Numbered from the stretch's first letter, positions 12,210 to 25,867 are shown. The stretch: 58,585 bases of DNA from Lama guanicoe (GCA_013239625.1 MU053594.1:1219239-1277823), one strand, 5' to 3'. A program made the numbers and translations. The notes: a model not told the origin generated them from the sequence alone.

Positions 12210-12710
12210 CGTCTGGTTCTTCCCAGCTCCACAGCCTCATATCTTATCTCTTCTCACTTCATTCCCTATGCCTCACTCACATTCAGACACGTTTAGCTCT
12301 TCCAGTGCATCATGAGTGCCCATACCTCCATGTGTTTGTGTGTTATTCCCTCGGTCCAGGACACTCTCTATTCCCCACCATAAACACTCTCTACCTCCAA
12401 TTCACCAACCTACTCTTCCTTATCCTTCAGACCCCAGTTTAGATATTATCCCCTTCAGGAAGTCTTCCCTGACCCCAGCCTAGGCTAGTTGCCCTTCTAG
12501 GTGTCCCCATCCCAGCACCCTGATCACTCCACGTGCTCCAGTGATGCTGGCTCACCTCTTCGCCTCCCCACCAGACTAAGCTCTGCGGAATCAGAGGCCA
12601 TATCTGACTTGTTGACTGTCAGGCTCCCAGAGCTAACAGAGGCTCTGGGATATAGTAGATACTCTATGTTTGTTGAATAACAAACAGTGAATTTGAATAT
12701 AGGATGAATG
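12210..12710 (+). mobile_element. L2 LINE 3' fragment
   Basis: ccttcaggaagtcttccctgacc, ccagactaagctctgcgg, tagtagatactctatgtttgttgaat. Confidence 0.7.
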
Positions 12711-13399
12711 GATTTGAGAGGCTGGCTTTGTGTGCTGTTTTCACAAGTCTCCTGCCCCCATTGCCTGAGGGAGACAAGGGAGCGATCTTCTCTCCTGGCC
12801 ATGCCTGAGATGGAAGTTTGGGGGTCCTGTACTTCTCTGCAGGGGTCTTTAATTCTTCCATTTAGTAGCCAATCCCATGCAGCCATGCAAGAGCACATCT
12901 CTTTTACTAGTGTTGATGGTACAAGATGTGTGCAGATTACGTGATTACAAGTACCAGGTTTCTCCATCTTCAGTTAACCTGGCATCAATTTAAAGCATTA
13001 ATCTGTCACTTGTTTCACCCTCTGTCCAGTTAGCAGACTCTTCCAGACAAGACCTTTGCAGTCCCTGCCCAATTTTGCTCATTCACTCTTCATTCGCCCT
13101 GAATTACACATTTTTCCTGCTCAATCAGAGGTCTGTTTCTCTCTTTCAGTTTCCCAGGGCCCTCCACTCTGTGTGTGTGTGTGTGTACGTGTGTTGTAGA
13201 GAGGTATTTTCTGAGTCTTGTATAAGCATCTTTGGCTTTGGGGCAAAACTACCTATGGCAAAGCCCCTGAAATTTACTCCATATTATCCGTTTGAGTTTT
13301 GCCCCAAACCCTTGTCTCACTAGAATCTTGTCTATTTCAAGCCCCAGGTACTCTCATACGTTCCTCTGAACTGTGTCTCTGATTTAGGTCTGCAGGGAG

Positions 13400-13800
13400 G
13401 CATACTTATTTAACTGGGTTTGAACTCCACCTCTTCCACTGGCCACTTTCTGTCAAGTGACTAAGACTTTCAACATCCTACTTTCTTTGTTTGTAAAGTG
13501 GGGTTAATAGTGGCCCTGGTCTTGTGGAGCCTCAGTGGGGTGAGACAGGTAAAGGGCCTGTCACACAGTAAACTTTCAACAGTGTTCACTTTGGCTATAC
13601 TGAGTCAGCCTTCCTACCTCTTCTCCGTTTCTTTGAGACCTAGAGCCATGAGGCTCAGGTTTCAGACTCAGCTCTTCCCCTTACTGGCTCTGTGACTTTG
13701 GGTAAGTCTCTTAACCTTTCTGAGCTTTAGTTTTTCTCATGGGTATGAAAGGCACAGGGAGCCTGAAGGGCTGTTGTGGGGGTGAGAGGTGGTCAGCTGT
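13400..13800 (+). mobile_element. Two MIR fragments
   Basis: ctgggtttgaactccacctct, tgtgactttgggtaagtctcttaacctttctgagctttagttt. Confidence 0.65.
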
Positions 13801-14081
13801 GGAAGCTCGTTATCCACATGGTTGCCATGCACACGGCATGCAGGTGATGGCACAAGATCCAGGAGAGTGCCTGTGGTCCTCAAGCAGCTCCTGTCAACAT
13901 CACAGACTGGCTGTGGCAGAACAGCTCACATTTGCCATGCACATCAGCATATGAAATTCTTGTTCTTTTACCAGCAGCTTCCCTGAGTCTATTTCTGGAA
14001 GTCGACTTCCTTTTTTCTTTTTTCTTACAATATTGATTTGCTTAACAGTTCACGTTTCCCCAACCCATAGGCATGTGAGCT

Positions 14082-14095
14082 CACACACACACACA

Positions 14096-14126
<31 letters not shown>

Positions 14127-14143
14127 GCACACTCACACACACA
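14082..14143. repeat. (CA)n microsatellite
   Basis: About 30 imperfect CA units. Confidence 0.95.
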
Positions 14144-14444
14144 GGGTCTGGGGGCCTCCATCCGTATGCAGGGATGGGGCAGGTAGATTTGAGAGGGATC
14201 TTTCTGAGAATCTGGGATCTGGGTTGGACTTATTCATTCTCACTGGTTATGACTGGGCTGGAGGAGCATTAATATCATCATAATTTTATACAAAAATGTT
14301 GTAATAAATTCACCTACAAAATGATTTTTTGGATCTTTGAAATCAGTCATTTGATTCCTTTATAATAGAGTGGAGGAAACCAGGGCTTCTAGAAGGGAAA
14401 AGCTGGTCTAAGATCATTTGCCAGAGTTTTCATTGGTCTGGGTG

Positions 14445-14740
14445 CCTCTCTTAAGTTGGGTTCTTCAGAAGCAGATCCTGAGACAAGGATTCTTTTACAA
14501 CTGATTTATTAAGGAAAAGCTTTCAGGAGAAACTGGAACGGAGTGAGGGAAGCAGGATGGGGAAGACAGAAAAGCTGACAAGTGTGCAATTTCAGGCAGG
14601 GTCGCTGGACATTGTCTTCATCCTGATCCTGTAAAGAACCTCTATGGTATAAATGATGCCTCAAAGTTTGCAGGGACAGGAGACCAGAGAGCTGAGTATA
14701 CACTGACCAGCTAATGGACCAGACAGGACTAACCTGTGAG
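14445..14740 (-). mobile_element. ERVL-class LTR (LTR16-like) fragment
   Basis: tcttaagttgggttcttcagaagcagatcctgagacaaggattct...gatttattaagg...gagtgaggggaagcaggatgggg resembles the reversed LTR16 3' end. Confidence 0.65.
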
Positions 14741-14844
14741 GCACTGCCTCCTGGCTGTCTGCACCTTTTCTTCCTTTCCCTCTGTAGTTCCTGGGCCATA
14801 AACAAGCACTTTAAAAATAGTTTCCTCTCATTCATTATTAGTAG

Positions 14845-16370
14845 CTGTGTAAGTTGATGTAACCACTTCAGGAAACAGTTTGGCATTGTCTCCTAATTTT
14901 GAATAGCTTATGCCCTAGCAACTCCCCACCTAGTTAGGAACTCTTTCTCATGTGTGAGAAGTCATGTACAGGGTGTTCACAGCCCAGTAACCGGGAACTG
15001 GAAACCAACCACACCCTCCTCAATGGCACCATATCTATATAAATTGTATACAATGTATCCACATGATGGAATATTATAGAGCAATGAAAAGAAACTATCG
15101 CTTTATAAAAATGCATATACGAACCTCAAATAAATGTTGAATGTAAGAAACTATAATACAAAAGCATATATGATTTCATTTATATAGAGTTAAACAGTAG
15201 GCAAAACTAAACTATAATATTTATTTTTTTATTGAAGTATAGTCAGTTTACAATGTTGTGTCAATTTCTGGTGTACAACATGTTTCAGTCACACATATAC
15301 ATACATATATTTCTTTTCATATTCTTTTCCATCATAGGTTACTACAAGATACTGAATATAGTTCCCTGTGCTATATAGTAGAAACTTACTGTTTATTTTA
15401 TATGTAGTAGTTAGTATCTGCAAATCTTAAACTACCAGTTTATCCCTTCCCACCCCTTTTCCCACCTGGTAACCATAAGTTTGTTTTCTATGTCTGTAAG
15501 TCTATTTCTGTTTTGTAAATAATTTCATCTGTCATTTTATTTTTACGATTTCACATATAAATGATATCTTGTGGTATTTTTCTTTCTCTTTCTGGCTTAC
15601 TTCACTTAAAATGATGACCTCCAGGTCAATCCATGTTGCTGCAAATGGTATTATTTTATTCTTTTTCATGGCTTAGTAGTATTCCATTGTATAAATTTAC
15701 CACAGCTTCTTCATCTAGTCATCTGTTGATAGACATTTAGGTTGTTTCCATGTCTTAGCTATTGTAAATAGTGCTGCTATGAATACTGGAGTGCAGGTAT
15801 CTTTTAAAATTAGAGTTTTCTCTGGATATATGCCCAGGAGTGGGATTGCTGGATCATATGGTAAATCTATTTTTAGCTTTTGAGGAATCTTCATACTGTT
15901 TTCCACAATGGCCTCACCAAACTTACATTCCTACCACAAGTGTAGGAGGGTTTCCTTTTCTCCACACCCTCTCTAGCATTTATTGTTTGTGGACTTTTGA
16001 ATGATGGCCGTTTAACTGCAAGGTGCAAGGTGATATCTCATTGTAGTTTTGATTTGCATTTCTCTGATAATTAGTGCTACTGAGCATTTTTTTCATGTGC
16101 CTATTGGCCATTTGTATGTCTTCATTGGACAATTCTGCTTATTTAGATATTCTGCCCATTTTTGAATTGGGTTGTTTGTTTGTTTTTTTAACTACAATAT
16201 TTAAAGTTACTAGGAGACCAGTCATGTTCTATTTCTTGACCTGGGGAGTGGTTACAACAAAGTTTTCTTTGTGATAAATCATCAAGATGCATACATCTAT
16301 TTTGTATACTTTTCTGAGTGTGTGGTGTATTCCATCATGAAAAAAGGTTAACATATTTAGGAACAAGTTT
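14845..16370 (+). mobile_element. Ancient L1ME-like 3' fragment, interrupted by a younger L1
   Basis: aaccacttcaggaaacagtttggca, atggaatattatagagcaatgaaaa and tgatttcatttatatagagtt...ggcaaaactaa on the left; ttctatttcttgacctgggg on the right of the insertion. Confidence 0.65.
15224..16189 (-). mobile_element. 5'-truncated lineage-specific L1 with TSD
   Basis: Minus [31 protein letters not shown]...[17 protein letters not shown] (ORF2 C-terminus); poly(T) at left; 14-bp TSD aactataatattta (15210-15223) / aactacaatattta (16190-16203). Confidence 0.93.
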
Positions 16371-16414
16371 TCTTTAAAAGTTTTAATTCTCTTTCCCTTT
16401 CTGCTTTTTTTCAC

Positions 16415-16932
16415 TTTTGTATTGTAGCAAAATCAGCAATAACATAAGATTTTACTTTTAACAGTTTTTGGGTGCATAATTCAGTGGTGTTAAATACATT
16501 CATAATGTTGTGCAATCCTTACCCCTATTCATTTCCAGAATTTTTTCGTCATCCAAATAGAAACTCTGTGCCCATTAAGCTCCATTCTCCCTTCTAGCCC
16601 TGGTAAACTCTATTCTACTTTCTGTCTCTATGAGTTTGCTATTCTACTTACCACATATATGTGGAATCATACAATGTTTGTCTATTTTGCCTGGACCATT
16701 TCACTTCAAGTTCATCCATGTCATAGCACATGTCAGAATTTCATTTCCTTTTATGGCTGAATAATACTCCGTTGTGTGTACAGACCACATTTTGTTTATC
16801 CATGTTGAATTGTTTCCTCATTTTGGCTCTTGTGAATACTGCTGCTATGAACATGGGTGTACAGATATCTGTTAGGATTCCTGCTTTCAATTCTTTGGGG
16901 GTATATGCCTAGGAGTGGAATGGCTGGATCCC
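16415..16932 (-). mobile_element. L1MA/L1MB-like 3' UTR fragment
   Basis: aattcagtggtgttaaatacattcataatgttgtgcaa, ctctattctactttctgtctctatgagttt, gctgctatgaacatgggtgtaca. Confidence 0.85.
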
Positions 16933-19249
16933 CTTACACTTTTAAGCCAGAGGAGTGGGCCCGCCTTTTCAGAAGAATTTCTGCACGAATTCCAGCTGAT
17001 GGGAGAGCTAAATATTGGAGAGCTGGGTGAGAAAAGGAAGCAACAGATGCTCCCAGCTACCGTTACTCATGACTGAGGAAGAGCCAAGATTCTTGGGTTT
17101 TGTGCCAGTTCCACTCTCTGTGACCTAGATGTCTCTCCCGTGCACATGGCCAGAGACCCCACTATTAGATCAGCACAATAACTCCCAGGTTGGTGGGGTA
17201 GAGAAAAAACAAGGTCAAGTGGGAGATGTCAGGGACCTTAAAGAGGCATCTTGGTGTAGATAAAATACAAGGTGGGGTATGAAATGATATACAGACAAAT
17301 TGTACTGTGGTCCTCCCTGGCTAGATGCGGTAAGGACAGGAAGAGGAGGTCAGCAGAGAAGGGAAAGGGGCAGGTGATGTGAGAATGGGGAGGAGCAGAG
17401 GGATGGCAGATGCAGGAAGTGAAGAAGAGGATGAAGAGGATGAAGGCAGAAGAAAGAAGGTAGATTTTCTTTCTGTCTTCCAGAGGGAAGGGGCTGGAGC
17501 TGGCGTCTGCAGGCAGCATCCTCTGGTGCTGCTGCCGGATTCCAGGGGAAAATAATAACCCTCCACTCTCGGTGACTGGCACCCCACCTTATGGGCCCTG
17601 GAAGCACGGACACAGCAACCCTGACAGAAATGGGTGCACGGAAATCAGTGAAACAGAACAGTCCTCAGCTTGACCCTCTGGAAGCACATTCCCACCTAAT
17701 ACATAATAGACGAGGCTGACTTTTATCAAGACGTCTGGCCTGCTGTGTAATAAATGTGTATCGTCCCCTCTTTGTCACCCATTACCTCATTAAAATAACT
17801 GTCTTAATTTCATTGTGAAAGTGATTAATAGGGCAAGTGTTAAAGGAAATTAATACTCAAAAGGAAGGATAACTATAGCCCAAAAATAACTCCTCTGAAT
17901 TGGTGTGGTGGCCAAGTTAGAGTTAGTTAATGAGCCTTAGAGAGTTAAATATGGAATAGTCCTGGAGGGTGGCTGATAGAGGCAGGGCAGGTGGGGCGGA
18001 GCAGCAGCGGGAGGGGGAGAGGCAGGGGCGGGGTAGAGAGAGGGGTTATTCTGTGCCCCTCACTGTGAGCTCTGGGAGGGGGGACCCCAGAGCTCCCAGG
18101 GTGCTGCCTGCCACTTGCATCGCCTTGGGCCACGGCACTCAGCCCAGTTCAGGGTCCAGGTGAGCTGCTGGCCCGGAGAGATAGAGAGGGTCTTGTTGAG
18201 TGGGGACCCTTCTCCAAGTTGTGTGGAGGAATCGGCATCTCATCCTTTCCTCCTGTGTCCAGCCATGCTCCTTCCACCCTGCATCCCCGAGTTCTTTTCA
18301 GCTCTTGCTCTGCTGACCAGGCAGCTGGATCCACAGAACAGAACTGGAGCAGGTGGCCGGGGAGCTGCACTGAAGCTGCTTTTCCAGCCCCAGAGGTGAC
18401 CTGGGGTGGGGCATCATGGTTCCCTTTGACACTTTCCTCACCCCATCATTCAACGTTTTGTCTCATGTTTATTAAGCTCTTGTGATAGAGCAGGTTCTGC
18501 TTTAAAAGCTGGGCATTGACAGATAAAGACTTGGCCTTTCCGTTCAAAGAGTTTCCAGTCTGATGGAGACAAAGACACGTGCAAAAGGCATTATCTGTTA
18601 ATGCTCACTCTCTTGGAAATATATATGTTTCTCCGGAACTCAGCTGTTGAAATGTATTTTTTTTTTTAATTCTGGAAGTTCTCATGGGCTCTCAACCAAT
18701 GAAAACATCTCTAAAGACCCTTCTGTGTGCCTTGGCTGATTGACGCACTGCAAACCATCTCAGCTGATGATCAGCAAGGAGGCTGTTTACTTGGTTTGGA
18801 TGTTCTTCCAGTGTGTGCCTGAAAACAACTGTGAAACTGGATGGCTAGCCAAGGGTGCACAGTAATGGTGGTGATTCTGCTGCAGAGAATTAAAAGCATC
18901 ACTGCAGGATGTTGAAATGGGAGCTCTACTGCCATCCGAGGTACCTTCCAGGAAACGGGTGAGGAAAGAGAGCGTAAGAGGGATGGGTCATTAGGTACGG
19001 AGACGACCTTGGCCATAATGAAAGACATCATAAAAATCATTGCACCCTGGGGGAGTGGCCAATGATCATATGAACAAAGCTGGTCCAAGACAGAGGACAT
19101 CAATTGACTGGAAGAGCGCTCAGTACCTGGAAACCCTCTGCACAGAGAGGTGGTGCCGTGCACGGAAGCTGAGACCTGGAAGACTGGGGGTTCAATGCCT
19201 AGTTCAGCGTCATTTCTGACAGCCTCACACTTTTGTGTGACTACTCCCA

Positions 19250-20332
19250 CCACACAGGTTCCTCACGTATTAAGTCAATTAGTGGTATCAGTAATACAGA
19301 TTATTCCAATAAGGTTTGTTTCTATTTACATATTCCTTTTGAATTATAGGGATGGAGGTTATAAAATATATGAAAATGGAAGTGAAAAAAGTCTCCTATG
19401 TACTTTTTATGTTGAAACTATCCATCGGTGTAGGGGTAGATATATATTTATTACTGCAAGATTTAAACGGTGCAACAATTCACAATCATTTTGAAAGCTG
19501 TTAGTTTTTGGTGCAAAAAGGTTATTCAGAACCTTTGAAGGGTTAAATAAAAAGGAAATTGAAAGTGTGTTAGTTAGAGAACTTTATGTCCTTTCTGAAC
19601 ACAGAAATATTTGTAAAAAAATTTAAATAATAATAATACCAGCTGAATGTAGAGATTAGATTATATCATAATTCTTATCTTTAGTAGAATTGTTTTGGTG
19701 TATTAGCATTCATAGCACTAAACAAAATAACCTTTAAAATTTGTATTCAGTGTTTCATTTGTAAAGTCCATTTAGACCATGAGTCCCTCCTATTTGCAAA
19801 GTCTTCATATTTCAGAGTTTGAATTAAGCGTAATATGTCAACATTGGGATTTTATGAAGAGGAAAACCTCAAAGCTCATGTGTAGCAATGTCCATGATAA
19901 GCCATCTTGTGTCAAGACTTAATAAAAAATATGCATATGAAGGAAAAAAAAATGTATCGCAGATAACCAAAGCATACTCTAAATGACCCTGGTCTCTGGC
20001 TGATCTCAGTTGAAACTATGAACGCCATCTGAGTTCAGGACTGCAGCAGGACTGTTCCTGAACTGTAATGTCAAACTTCTGAACTTTGACTGCTAAAATT
20101 TTTAGTACACAATTATAATAATAATTATGTGGTGGTAATATTTCAGATTTTTTTCCTGAATTCTGGACATTTGTTTTAAGATGGTGACATTGGGCATTGG
20201 CCCAATCTGGATTTTAACATTTGGTGTTGTTTCGCCAAAATATGAATGCAGTTGGTGTCCACCTGCCCAGCGTGATGGAAGCTGTGACAGACATGACGAC
20301 GTCAGGGATGAAGTTGTGTCTGGCTGCCCTGG
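19250..20332. mobile_element. Probable ancient DNA-transposon (hAT-like) remnant
   Basis: Abrupt AT-rich 1.1-kb block, not L1-like, ending in tctggctgccctg (reverse: cagggcagccaga, similar to hAT termini); family not identified. Confidence 0.35.
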
Positions 20333-21959
20333 GGAATCAGGCAAGCCAAAACGGAGATTGGGAAGGTAAAGTCAAAGTTTGCCCAGAGAACCAGAAGGAA
20401 AGTGAGATGGGGTCAGGCATTCTAGGAAGAGGAACAGTTAAAAAAAAAAAAAAGTCACGAACGCCCTTTGAATGTCAGGTACCATTTTGGTATCTTCTAC
20501 ACGTGTTACCTCCTTTCATCCTAAAGCAGCAGGATGCAGAGGAGCAGACGGAGGCTCAGAGAGGCCAAGTGGCTGCTCTCTGCAGCCTTGGGAGTGACTC
20601 CGGAAGAATCTCCCTCATACGCAACATCCCTGCAGCCCAGAGTCTCCGGCTGCCTGCCTCGGGCGGGGCGAGGGGCCTCCCCGGAGCTGGGCATGTGGCT
20701 GACGTGCTGGGACTCTTGCCTGAGGCCTGACTCCTTTGCGGCCCAGTGCCTTTAGCCTTGTTCCTAACCAGTGACCTTATTTCTAACCCGTCGCCTTATT
20801 TCTAACGTCACACAGGAGCCAGCCTCCCCAAGGATGCCACTCTCTTATTCCAGACAGGCCAGAGCAGAGGTGTCCCAGGCGCCCAGCAGGGCCTCAGCTT
20901 GCTTTGTGGCCCAGCGGGTCACCCTGCAAAGCTGTCTTCTAATGGCCTGATTCAGACCCGTTCAGACACTTTCCTTTTTTCTTGGGTTTTTCTTTCTTCC
21001 CTTTGGTCTCTTCTGGGGAAGGCCTGCTGCCTGGCACAGCTATTGTATTTGGAAATGAGCCTCCCGGGCTGGTGAATAAATTGCGTTTCATCCCTCCCTG
21101 TCACTTCTGGTCGGGGGTGGGGGGCATAGGGAGATGAAAGCTGAGACTTCAAAAGCTCTTCTTTTGACGCGGGCGGCATTTCTCATTTCCGAGCCTGGCA
21201 GGCCTTGCCGAGCCCGGCATCTCCGCATCACTGGCAGGAGCCGAACGTCCGCCATCCCCCGGGGATGTTCTCGGCCTCCTGGACTGGGGACCTGGCGGCG
21301 GCCGTCTTCACTCAGTCAGCCAAAGGGGCAGGGTTCCATTCTCAGCGAAGCGTCGCTGGTGGCAGGTGAATCCGTGCTCCTGGGAGGGAGAAGCCGGTCC
21401 CCTGCTTGGAGTAACTGAGCGGTGGAATTTGTATTGTAATATCGAAGCAGATACAGCGAACACCATTCATTTGGGGAATAATAGGATTCTGACACAGCAT
21501 TTCCCTGAGTGGCGGTCCCATTTCCCCTCCTCCACCCGCACTAGCCCAGCACTTAACTCCGCGATGCCGGCTGAGCAATTGCGTTAAGACTCGTGATCTG
21601 CTGGCTTCACTCTCAGATGGGTGGCGATGGAGGATGGCGATGGGGGAAATCCATCATCCACTGCTCAAGCACAGACCCCAGGCTCTGAAGGGCAGACATG
21701 TCTCCAATGTCCCTGTCTGGAGGGGCTGAGTGAGCTGGGAGAGCTCAGCTGGCTTCTGAATTGGGCAACACTCCACAAAGCTCCCAAATCTAGAAAAGCC
21801 ACAGAATCTCTACCTTTAGGTTGGCTTCCACCCCACTCAGGAACAGCTGGTGCATGACGAGACCCCAGGTGACTTAACTTCTGAGTGTTTCCAGGACGCA
21901 GCAGAGTGTCCAGTGCAGAGGTGAAAAAATATCGTACCCAGAAGGCAAGACGTGCAGAG

Positions 21960-22650
21960 ATTCCCAGTCTGACTTTGGAGTCAGGGGACTCAGGGGTCAA
22001 GTTCTGCTCCATCACATACTGGCTAAAGATGCACAGAGGGCGGCTTAGAGGTTCTTCCTCAGTTTCCACATCTATACAGTAGGGAGAATAATGGCTTCTA
22101 CCTCATCACTGTTGCAAAAGTGGAATGGAATTATTTGTGTAAAGTGCCCAGCCTGGTACCTAGCAAAGAACTGATCATCAGTAAATGGTTATTTTTATAG
22201 CTTGCTGGCTGCACTCACTTGAGAGAGGGTGTAAGTTAATAAAAAGGGCATAGATTTGGGAGACAGAGGGCTGGGCTTGAGTTCTGCTTCAGCTGCTCTT
22301 GGGAGTTGTATGACCCTGGGCAAGTTACTTACTTCAGGAATAACCACCACCGGCATCTACCATTAATGAAGTCCTTATCCTGCACCAGGGGCTTCGTCTT
22401 GGGTACCAACTCATTATTCCTTGCAAGGGGTTAAGTGTCTTGCTCAAGGTTTTGTTGCAAGAAGAAGCAGAAATGAGACTTAAATTCAGGTTCATGAGCT
22501 TAGCGCGTCATGCTTCCAACCACGACATCTCACTGGACAGTTTCCCCTAACTCAGTGTCCTCATATGTCTGATGAGGACAATCATGCCCACCTCTTAGCT
22601 TTGGGATGAGAATTAAAGGAGATAACACAGGTAAGACTCACTCTCAAAAT
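21960..22650. mobile_element. Cluster of MIR fragments on both strands
   Basis: cctcagtttccacatctatacagtagggagaataat, tatgaccctgggcaagttactt, cttgctcaaggt, ctcagtgtcctcatatgt. Confidence 0.7.
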
Positions 22651-24469
22651 GGCAATCTTTCTACCACTAATGACTTCAGAAGGCAACATTTAACATGAAC
22701 AATTTCAAGATGTAGTCATAGACTCTGGGGGTGGGGAGAGGTTTTACAGAACCATCTAACTGCAACCTCCTTCAACCCTGATGGTTAGAAATGAGACAGC
22801 CACTGGGCCTGGCCCCAGCTGGCTGATTTATGGGAGAAGCAAGGGCAGGGCCTTCCAGAAGATGATGAAGATGTCCAACCAGGACTTAAGGATTATCTAA
22901 GGAACATTGATGGAGCTGAGTATCAGGCCAAGCCCCAAGCTTTTGTATTCATGCCCCTGCAAAACTCATCCTGGTTGGAGAGGTCCCAGGCTGCCTTTGC
23001 AGTGATGCTATGAGTTTTCTGCCACTTTGGGCCACTCCCCCAGCCTATCCTCACCCTGCTTTTACTTGGTTGGAACCCAGTGACTGTGGAGCTAATGTCC
23101 CTTGGGACAGTCCCCTCAGCTGTGTTCCCCCCAGAACCTTCTCTGGTCTGGGACCATGGCTTCTGTTTTGCTGATGGGAAAAGAGGCCCACTGGAGAAGA
23201 GACCACATGGGATGCTGTGGCTCTTTATTGATGGGCGAGGAGGCTGAGGACAAGAGAGTCAGGGAAGGTCCTTCCCTCAGTGCTGGCCCTGACCTCTCCT
23301 TGGATTTCCCTGGGGAGGATTGGACGCTTGTCCAGCCCCGGTCCCCTGAGGTTTAGACGGGCAGCAGAAGCTGTGTGAAGTGAAACCCATGGATGTCATA
23401 CGTCACCACATGTGATAAATTCACAGAGGCGGAAAGGAAAAAGAAAAACAACAACCCTGAATCCTGATGGCTGTGCAGCTGTGAGAAGTAAAGTTTCCAG
23501 AATGGCAATGAGCAGCCTTGTGCTGGAGTTTTATGTCATTTGCTTTCAATTCCATTTACAGTTATTTCTTGTTTTTATGCCATGTTTTATTGAAATCCAT
23601 TTTTTACTTTAATGCTTTATGCTCAGTCATGGATCTTTTTTTTTCTCCCCCCATCTTTTGCCTCCTGAGCACGTGAAGGTTCACATTATGCAAACACCAC
23701 AGAAAAGAGTTTTGAAGCATCATGGGTTTTTTGTCCTTTTCTGTATTTCTCAGAGATGAGTACTTATTTTTCTGAAAGCAGGCTGGGGACGTGGCTGTGC
23801 AGTTGGGGGTGTGGTTCAGAATCTGCCGGCAGGCTCTCCTGCCTGGGGTGGGGCCTGCCCCTCTCTCTCTGGGGAACTCAGTCCAGTCCTGAGCTCACAG
23901 TGGGCTCCAGCCTCATGACCAACTGACCAGTGGACTAGATATTTCCCTGCTCTGGACTGCAGGTACTTTAAGCAGAAAGAGAGAAGAAACACAAGCGTGG
24001 TCTTTGAGGCTCTGAGGCAAGCCAGAACATGTCTGGAAATGGAACCAAAACAGGAATCAGTCTTCTCCATGCTGCCAGGGCCTTCCACCGGGCTGCCTGC
24101 CTCCACCAGATCTTCCAACAGAAGGGAATGTTCCCAAAATGCACAGGCATGGAGCATCTCCCGGCTCCAGACTTCTGGGCCACACCACACCCGGCCCCCT
24201 CGGTGTGACTCTCAGGAGCCACTAACAGCCTCGGCAACCATCAGGCCAGGCTCTTCGCTGTCCTGGTCCCTGCCAGGCTCACTGCCAGCTCCTTTTGTTT
24301 GGTCGTTCCCCTCTCCACGTGGAGGGGCTTTGTTCTGGTCCCTTCTCCAGGAAGCTCTCCTGGTCCACTATGGCTGCCCACGCCCTTTCTAAACTGGGGC
24401 TACTTGGACACTTTGTCCTATGCCTCACGTTGATATTAACTGTGCCCTGCGTGTTGTCTCTGGATGAAG

Positions 24470-24725
24470 TTTGCATGAGAAGGTTGAAAGCAGAGTCTGA
24501 CCGTGAACCCACAAGGCCTGTATAATTTTATACCATTGGGTCTGTGAAATCTTAGGCAACTCAGTTACTGTCTTTGGGCCTCATTTTCCTCATCCTTAAA
24601 CTGGAGATCGCAACCATACCTAACTCATAAGGATGTTGTCAAAGTTGAACGAGTTTATATACATAGAGTACTTAGAACAGTGTTTGGTATAGTGTAAATA
24701 CTATATAAATGCAAATTTTTAGTAT
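24470..24725 (+). mobile_element. MIR
   Basis: gggcctcattttcctcatccttaaactggagat...acttagaacagtgtttggtatagt. Confidence 0.75.
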
Positions 24726-25095
24726 TAGTTCTAAATAACAAAAATCAACTTGACAGCTTAACTTTTAAAAGAAGAATTTCTTATTATATAGAAGTTATAC
24801 AAATGTCTCGTAGAAGCCAAGGACAGGGGTGTATCTGGGTCTTGGGTGGGGACTGATGCCAGAAGGAGATGTGACCCTGGTTACTTTGTGAGTTTCATCC
24901 TTCTCTGCTTGGTCCTCCAGCAGGAAATGGCCACCAGTAGCTCCCGAGTTGCCTGCCCAGCCATATGGAGAGAGTGAGTTCTCGTAAATTCCTCGGGAAA
25001 GCCTCTGACTGGCCCAGCTCGGGTCAGGGGCTCAACCTTTATCCAAATACCTCTCTCCAAGGGGACATGGCAGACCCAGGTCATACAAAATGTCC
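24722..25095 (-). mobile_element. Old MLT1 (MaLR) LTR fragment
   Basis: aaataacaaaaatcaacttgacagcttaa..., ctctgactggcccagctcgggtcag...ccttta typical of reversed old MLT1. Confidence 0.5.
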
Positions 25096-25690
25096 ACAGG
25101 AGCGCTGCGGTTAAACGTGTGTGCAGGTGCGGGGGTGGTACCTGAGAGGACCAGCGATGCACAGTCAGCCGCTTCACAGTGTGTCTTCCTCATCGCAGAG
25201 GGCTCTCTATACTTGCCTTGTATCCGTTCACCTGTAGCACAGCGAGCGTCACACATAGCCTGCACTGATTACAGCTTAGCCGAAGTCTAGACACAGACTC
25301 AGAACACAAAGATTGTAGCTCTCTGGGTGTGCTCATCGAAGCCTGGAGTGAGTTATAGTCAGAGAGCTACCCCGAGCTCCCTCGGGCTTGAAACAACAAC
25401 GACTCTTGTTCCTGCTTCTCCTTCCCCCTCCCCCACCCACCATGTGCCAAGACACTAGTCAGTGGGAGCAGCTTCAGTGAAGAAAATCTGTAATCGGAAC
25501 TTCGGAAACGCGCAGTTACCAACCCTCTCTTTGTGCTGAGAGCCAGCAAAGGCTCGTACCGCCACAGAGGAGGTGAGGATGCCTGAACTTACCTCACTCC
25601 AAGGGGTGAAATCAGACACCAGGGAGGAGAGATGGGTCGCTTATGAGGATACTTCCTTCACCCTTGGCCGCAAATCACCCAATTTAATTT

Positions 25691-25867
25691 NNNNNNNNNN
25701 NNNNNNNNNNNNNNNNNNNNNNNNNNNNNNNNNNNNNNNNNNNNNNNNNNNNNNNNNNNNNNNNNNNNNNNNNNNNNNNNNNNNNNNNNNNNNNNNNNNN
25801 NNNNNNNNNNNNNNNNNNNNNNNNNNNNNNNNNNNNNNNNNNNNNNNNNNNNNNNNNNNNNNNNNNN
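25691..25867. other. Assembly gap
   Basis: Run of N. Confidence 1.

Noticed and set aside
18590..19150. Possible ancient LINE (RTE/CR1-like) remnant or exon
   Set aside because: No diagnostic motif could be read with confidence, and the 160-aa minus ORF has no recognisable homology
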